A DNA stretch of 64,000 nt from Eledone cirrhosa (taxonomy: Eukaryota): contig OZ024744.1 of the NCBI GenBank assembly GCA_964016885.1, forward strand, positions 39,928,001 through 39,992,000, in the 5' to 3' direction. Below the pieces are notes generated by a model. It was not told the origin of the DNA. It did no database searches and saw only the letters and a program-made list of their open reading frames with translations. Made by a program: the position numbers and the translations under genes. Shown here piece after piece: positions 59,622 through 64,000 of the stretch (its first letter is position 1; each line of letters begins with the position of its first letter).

Positions 59622-62600
59622 TGTTTACACATATTGTTGATCCTACCCCAATGTTGACACCTATTGTTTATCCTACCCCAATGTTGACACCTATTGTTGA
59701 TCCTAACCTAATGTTGACACCTATTGTTGATCCTATCCTAATGTTCACACATATTGTGGATTCTACCCTAATGTTGACACATATTGTTGATCCTACCCTA
59801 ATGTTGACACATATTGTTGATCCTACCCTAATGTTCACACATATTATTGATCCCACTCTAATGTTGACACATATTGGTGATCCTACCCTAATGTTGACAC
59901 CTATTGTTGATCCTACCCTAATGTTGACACATATTGTTGATCCTACACTGATGTTGACACCTATTGTTGATGCTACCCTAATGTTGCCACCTATTGTTGA
60001 TCCTACCCTGATATTGACACCTATTGTTGATGCTACCCTAATGTTGACACCTATTGTTGATCCTACCCTAATGTTGACACCTATTGTTGATCCTATCCTG
60101 ATGTTGATACATATTGTTGATCCTACCCTAATGTTGACACATATTGTTGATCCTACCCTAATGTTCACACATATTATTGATCCCACTCTAATGTTGACAC
60201 ATATTGGTGATCCTACCCTAATGTTGACACATATTGTTGATCCTACCCTAATGTTGACACCTATTGTTGATCCTATCCTGATGTTGATACATATTGTTGA
60301 TCCTACCCTAATGTTGACACCTATTGTTGATCCTACCCTAATGTTGACACATATTGTTGATCCTACACTGATGTTGACACCTATTGTTGATGCTACCCTA
60401 ATGTTGCCACCTATTGTTGATCCTACCCTGATATTGACACCTATTGTTGATGCTACCCTAATGTTGACACCTATTGTTGATCCTACCCTAATGTTGACAC
60501 CTATTGTTGATCCTATCCTGATGTTGATACATATTGTTGATCCTACCCTAATGTTGACACCTATTGTTGATCCTACCCTAATGTTGACACATATTGTTGA
60601 TCCTACACTGATGTTGACACCTATTGTTGATGCTACCCTAATGTTGCCACATATTTTTGATCCTACCCTAATGTTGACACCTATTGTTGATCCTACCATA
60701 ATGTTGACACCTATTGTTGGTTCTACCCTGATGTTGACACCTATTGTTGATCCTACCCTGATATTGACACCTATTGTTGATCCTACCCTGATGTTGACAT
60801 CTATCGTTGATCCTAACCTAATGTTGACACCTATTGTTGATCCTACCCTAATGTTGACACCTATTGTTGATCCTATCCTGATGTTGATACATATTGTTGA
60901 TCCTACCCTAATGTTGACACATATTGTGGGTCCTGCCCTAATGTTGACACATATTGTTGATCCTACCCTAATGTTGACACATATTGTTGATCCTACCCTG
61001 ATGTTGATACCTATTGTTGATCCTACTCTAATGTTGACACCTATTGTTGATCCTACCCTAATGATGACACATATTGTTGATCCTACTCTAATGTTGACAC
61101 ATATTGTTGATCCTACACTGATGTTAACACCTATTGTTGATCCTACCCTAATGTTGACACATATTGTTCATCCTCTCTAATGTTTACACATATTGTTGAT
61201 CCTACCCCAATGTTGACACCTATTGTTTATCCTACCCCAATGTTGACACCTATTGTTGATCCTAACCTAATGTTGACACCTATTGTTGATCCTATCCTAA
61301 TGTTGACACATATTGTGGATTCTACCCTAATGTTGACACATATTGTTGATCCTACCCTAATGTTGACACATATTGTTGATCCTACCCTAATGTTCACACA
61401 TATTATTGATCCAACTCTAATGTTGACACATATTGGTGATCCTACCCTAATGTTGACACATATTGTTGATCCTACCCTAATGTTGACACCTATTGTTGAT
61501 CCTATCCTGATGTTGATACATATTGTTGATCCTACCCTAATGTTGACACCTATTGTTGATCCTACCCTAATGTTGACACATATTGTTGATCCTACACTGA
61601 TGTTGACACCTATTGTTGATGCTACCCTAATGTTGCCACATATTGTTGATCCTACCCTAATGTTGACACCTATTGTTGGTCCTACCCTGATGTTGACACC
61701 TATTGTTGATCCTACCCTGATATTGACACCTATTGTTGATCCTACCCTGATGTTGACATCTATCGTTGATCCTAACCTAATGTTGACACCTATCGTTGAT
61801 CCTACCCTAATGTTGACACCTATTGTTGATCCTACCTAATGTTGACACCTATTGTTGATCCTATTCTGATGTTGATACATATTGTTGATACTACCCTAAT
61901 GTTGACACATATTGTGGGTCCTGCCCTAATGTTGACACATATTGTTGATCCTACCCTGATGTTGATACCTATTGTTGATCCTACCCTAATGTTGACACCT
62001 ATTGTTGATCCTACCCTAATGATGACACATATTGTTGATCCTACTCTAATGTTGACACATATTGTTGATCCTACACTGATGTTAACACCTATTGTTGATC
62101 CTACCCTAATGTTGACACATATTGTTCATCCTCTCTAATGTTTACACATATTGTTGATCCTACCCCAATGTTGACACCTATTGTTTATCCTACCCCAATG
62201 TTGACACCTATTGTTGATCCTAACCTAATGTTGACACCTATTGTTGATCCTATCCTAATGTTCACACATATTGTGGATTCTACCCTAATGTTGACACATA
62301 TTGTTGATCCTACCCTAATGTTGACACATATTGTTGATCCTACCCTAATGTTCACACATATTATTGATCCCACTCTAATGTTGACACATATTGGTGATCC
62401 TACCCTAATGTTGACACATATTGTTGATCCTACCCTAATGTTGACACCTATTGTTGATCCTATCCTGATGTTGATACATATTGTTGATCCTACCCTAATG
62501 TTGACACCTATTGTTGATCCTACCCTAATGTTGACACATATTGTTGATCCTACACTGATGTTGACACCTATTGTTGATGCTACCCTAATGTTGCCACCTA

Positions 62601-64000
62601 TTGTTGATCCTACCCTGATATTGACACCTATTGTTGATGCTACCCTAATGTTGACACCTATTGTTGATCCTACCCTAATGTTGACACCTATTGTTGATCC
62701 TATCCTGATGTTGATACATATTGTTGATCCTACCCTAATGTTGACACATATTGTTGATCCTACCCTAATGTTCACACATATTATTGATCCCACTCTAATG
62801 TTGACACATATTGGTGATCCTACCCTAATGTTGACACATATTGTTGATCCTACCCTAATGTTGACACCTATTGTTGATCCTATCCTGATGTTGATACATA
62901 TTGTTGATCCTACCCTAATGTTGACACCTATTGTTGATCCTACCCTAATGTTGACACATATTGTTGATCCTACACTGATGTTGACACCTATTGTTGATGC
63001 TACCCTAATGTTGCCACCTATTGTTGATCCTACCCTGATATTGACACCTATTGTTGATGCTACCCTAATGTTGACACCTATTGTTGATCCTACCCTAATG
63101 TTGACACCTATTGTTGATCCTATCCTGATGTTGATACATATTGTTGATCCTACCCTAATGTTGACACCTATTGTTGATCCTACCCTAATGTTGACACATA
63201 TTGTTGATCCTACACTGATGTTGACACCTATTGTTGATGCTACCCTAATGTTGCCACATATTTTTGATCCTACCCTAATGTTGACACCTATTGTTGATCC
63301 TACCATAATGTTGACACCTATTGTTGGTTCTACCCTGATGTTGACACCTATTGTTGATCCTACCCTGATATTGACACCTATTGTTGATCCTACCCTGATG
63401 TTGACATCTATCGTTGATCCTAACCTAATGTTGACACCTATTGTTGATCCTACCCTAATGTTGACACCTATTGTTGATCCTATCCTGATGTTGATACATA
63501 TTGTTGATCCTACCCTAATGTTGACACATATTGTGGGTCCTGCCCTAATGTTGACACATATTGTTGATCCTACCCTAATGTTGACACATATTGTTGATCC
63601 TACCCTGATGTTGATACCTATTGTTGATCCTACTCTAATGTTGACACCTATTGTTGATCCTACCCTAATGATGACACATATTGTTGATCCTACTCTAATG
63701 TTGACACATATTGTTGATCCTACACTGATGTTAACACCTATTGTTGATCCTACCCTAATGTTGACACATATTGTTCATCCTCTCTAATGTTTACACATAT
63801 TGTTGATCCTACCCCAATGTTGACACCTATTGTTTATCCTACCCCAATGTTGACACCTATTGTTGATCCTAACCTAATGTTGACACCTATTGTTGATCCT
63901 ATCCTAATGTTGACACATATTGTGGATTCTACCCTAATGTTGACACATATTGTTGATCCTACCCTAATGTTGACACATATTGTTGATCCTACCCTAATGT
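59100..64000 (+). repeat. Tandem duplication with 2517-bp offset (2607 after a three-monomer difference); left end approximate
   Basis: ORF starts 59322/61839 and 59621/62138, ORF ends 61180/63787. The rare CCTATCCTAATGTTCACAC monomer occurs near 59731 and 62248. Confidence 0.85.

Larger units (their letters stand above)
1..64000. repeat. 30-bp tandem satellite array, consensus ATGTTGACACMTATTGTTGATCCTACCCTR, about 2,130 copies, single orientation, extends beyond both window edges
   Basis: Read directly: each 60-nt line holds two monomers. Most monomers differ from consensus by 0-3 substitutions. Phase shifts only at recurrent 1-bp deletions, one 17-bp deletion (~1141) and two 13-bp deletions (~43081, ~48164). 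Copy number estimated as 64000/30. Confidence 0.99.

Noticed and set aside
1271-63306. Minus-strand ORFs (VNIRVGSTIG/C repeats) as a beta-solenoid or Cys-rich protein
   Set aside because: They mirror the same repeat. Starts are chance variants and ends fall at recurrent TAA variants or indels.
12-63787. Plus-strand ORFs (99-2309 aa) as genes for a repetitive surface, mucin-like, ice-binding or structural protein
   Set aside because: They are pure 10-aa repeats with no signal peptide, anchor or unique domain. The frame is open because the unit is 30 bp and nearly immune to nonsense mutation, and frameshifts are freely propagated.
1-64000. CRISPR array (30-bp repeat with GTT-like start)
   Set aside because: Repeats are directly adjacent with no unique spacers, and there is no leader or cas gene.
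1-64000. Binary C/A (Pro/His) pattern as an information code, like TALE RVDs, zinc-finger arrays or a diversity cassette
   Set aside because: The pattern is copied in blocks together with linked neutral variants and is explained by duplication history. No recombinase, reverse transcriptase or expression locus is present.
1-64000. GATC in every monomer as a Dam-methylation/SeqA or iteron-type origin array
   Set aside because: A 4-mer in a 30-bp unit is unremarkable, there is no rep gene, DnaA box cluster or AT-rich unwinding element, and the scale far exceeds known iteron arrays.
1-64000. Rolling-circle or sequencing concatemer artefact, or synthetic sequence
   Set aside because: Rare variants recur in ordered, nested, collinear blocks, which random error on one template would not produce. 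Individual large duplications could still be assembly errors.

Overview
The whole 64 kb window is one uninterrupted head-to-tail tandem array of a 30-bp monomer, consensus ATGTTGACAC[C/A]TATTGTTGATCCTACCCT[A/G] (about 37-40% GC, no CpG in the consensus, roughly 2,130 copies), running off both ends. I found no unique sequence, inversion, gene, RNA gene, mobile element or CRISPR spacer. Every ORF in the track is a by-product of a 30-bp unit with one stop-free frame on each strand (MLT[P/H]IVDPTL and VNIRVGSTI[G/C]). The real information is in the pattern of variant monomers: a 13+17 bp internal substructure, a recurring ~300-bp landmark cassette bounded by two 1-bp deletions, higher-order periods of 240, 420, 990 and ~1830-1920 bp, kilobase-scale block duplications (offsets 1677, 2517, 2880, 3417, 4557, 5083, ~5440-5577 and 15616 bp), region-specific variant sets and a more diverged left end. 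It is best read as a recently amplified satellite, probably eukaryotic; that host assignment is inference. I see no solid evidence for a novel protein-coding system.
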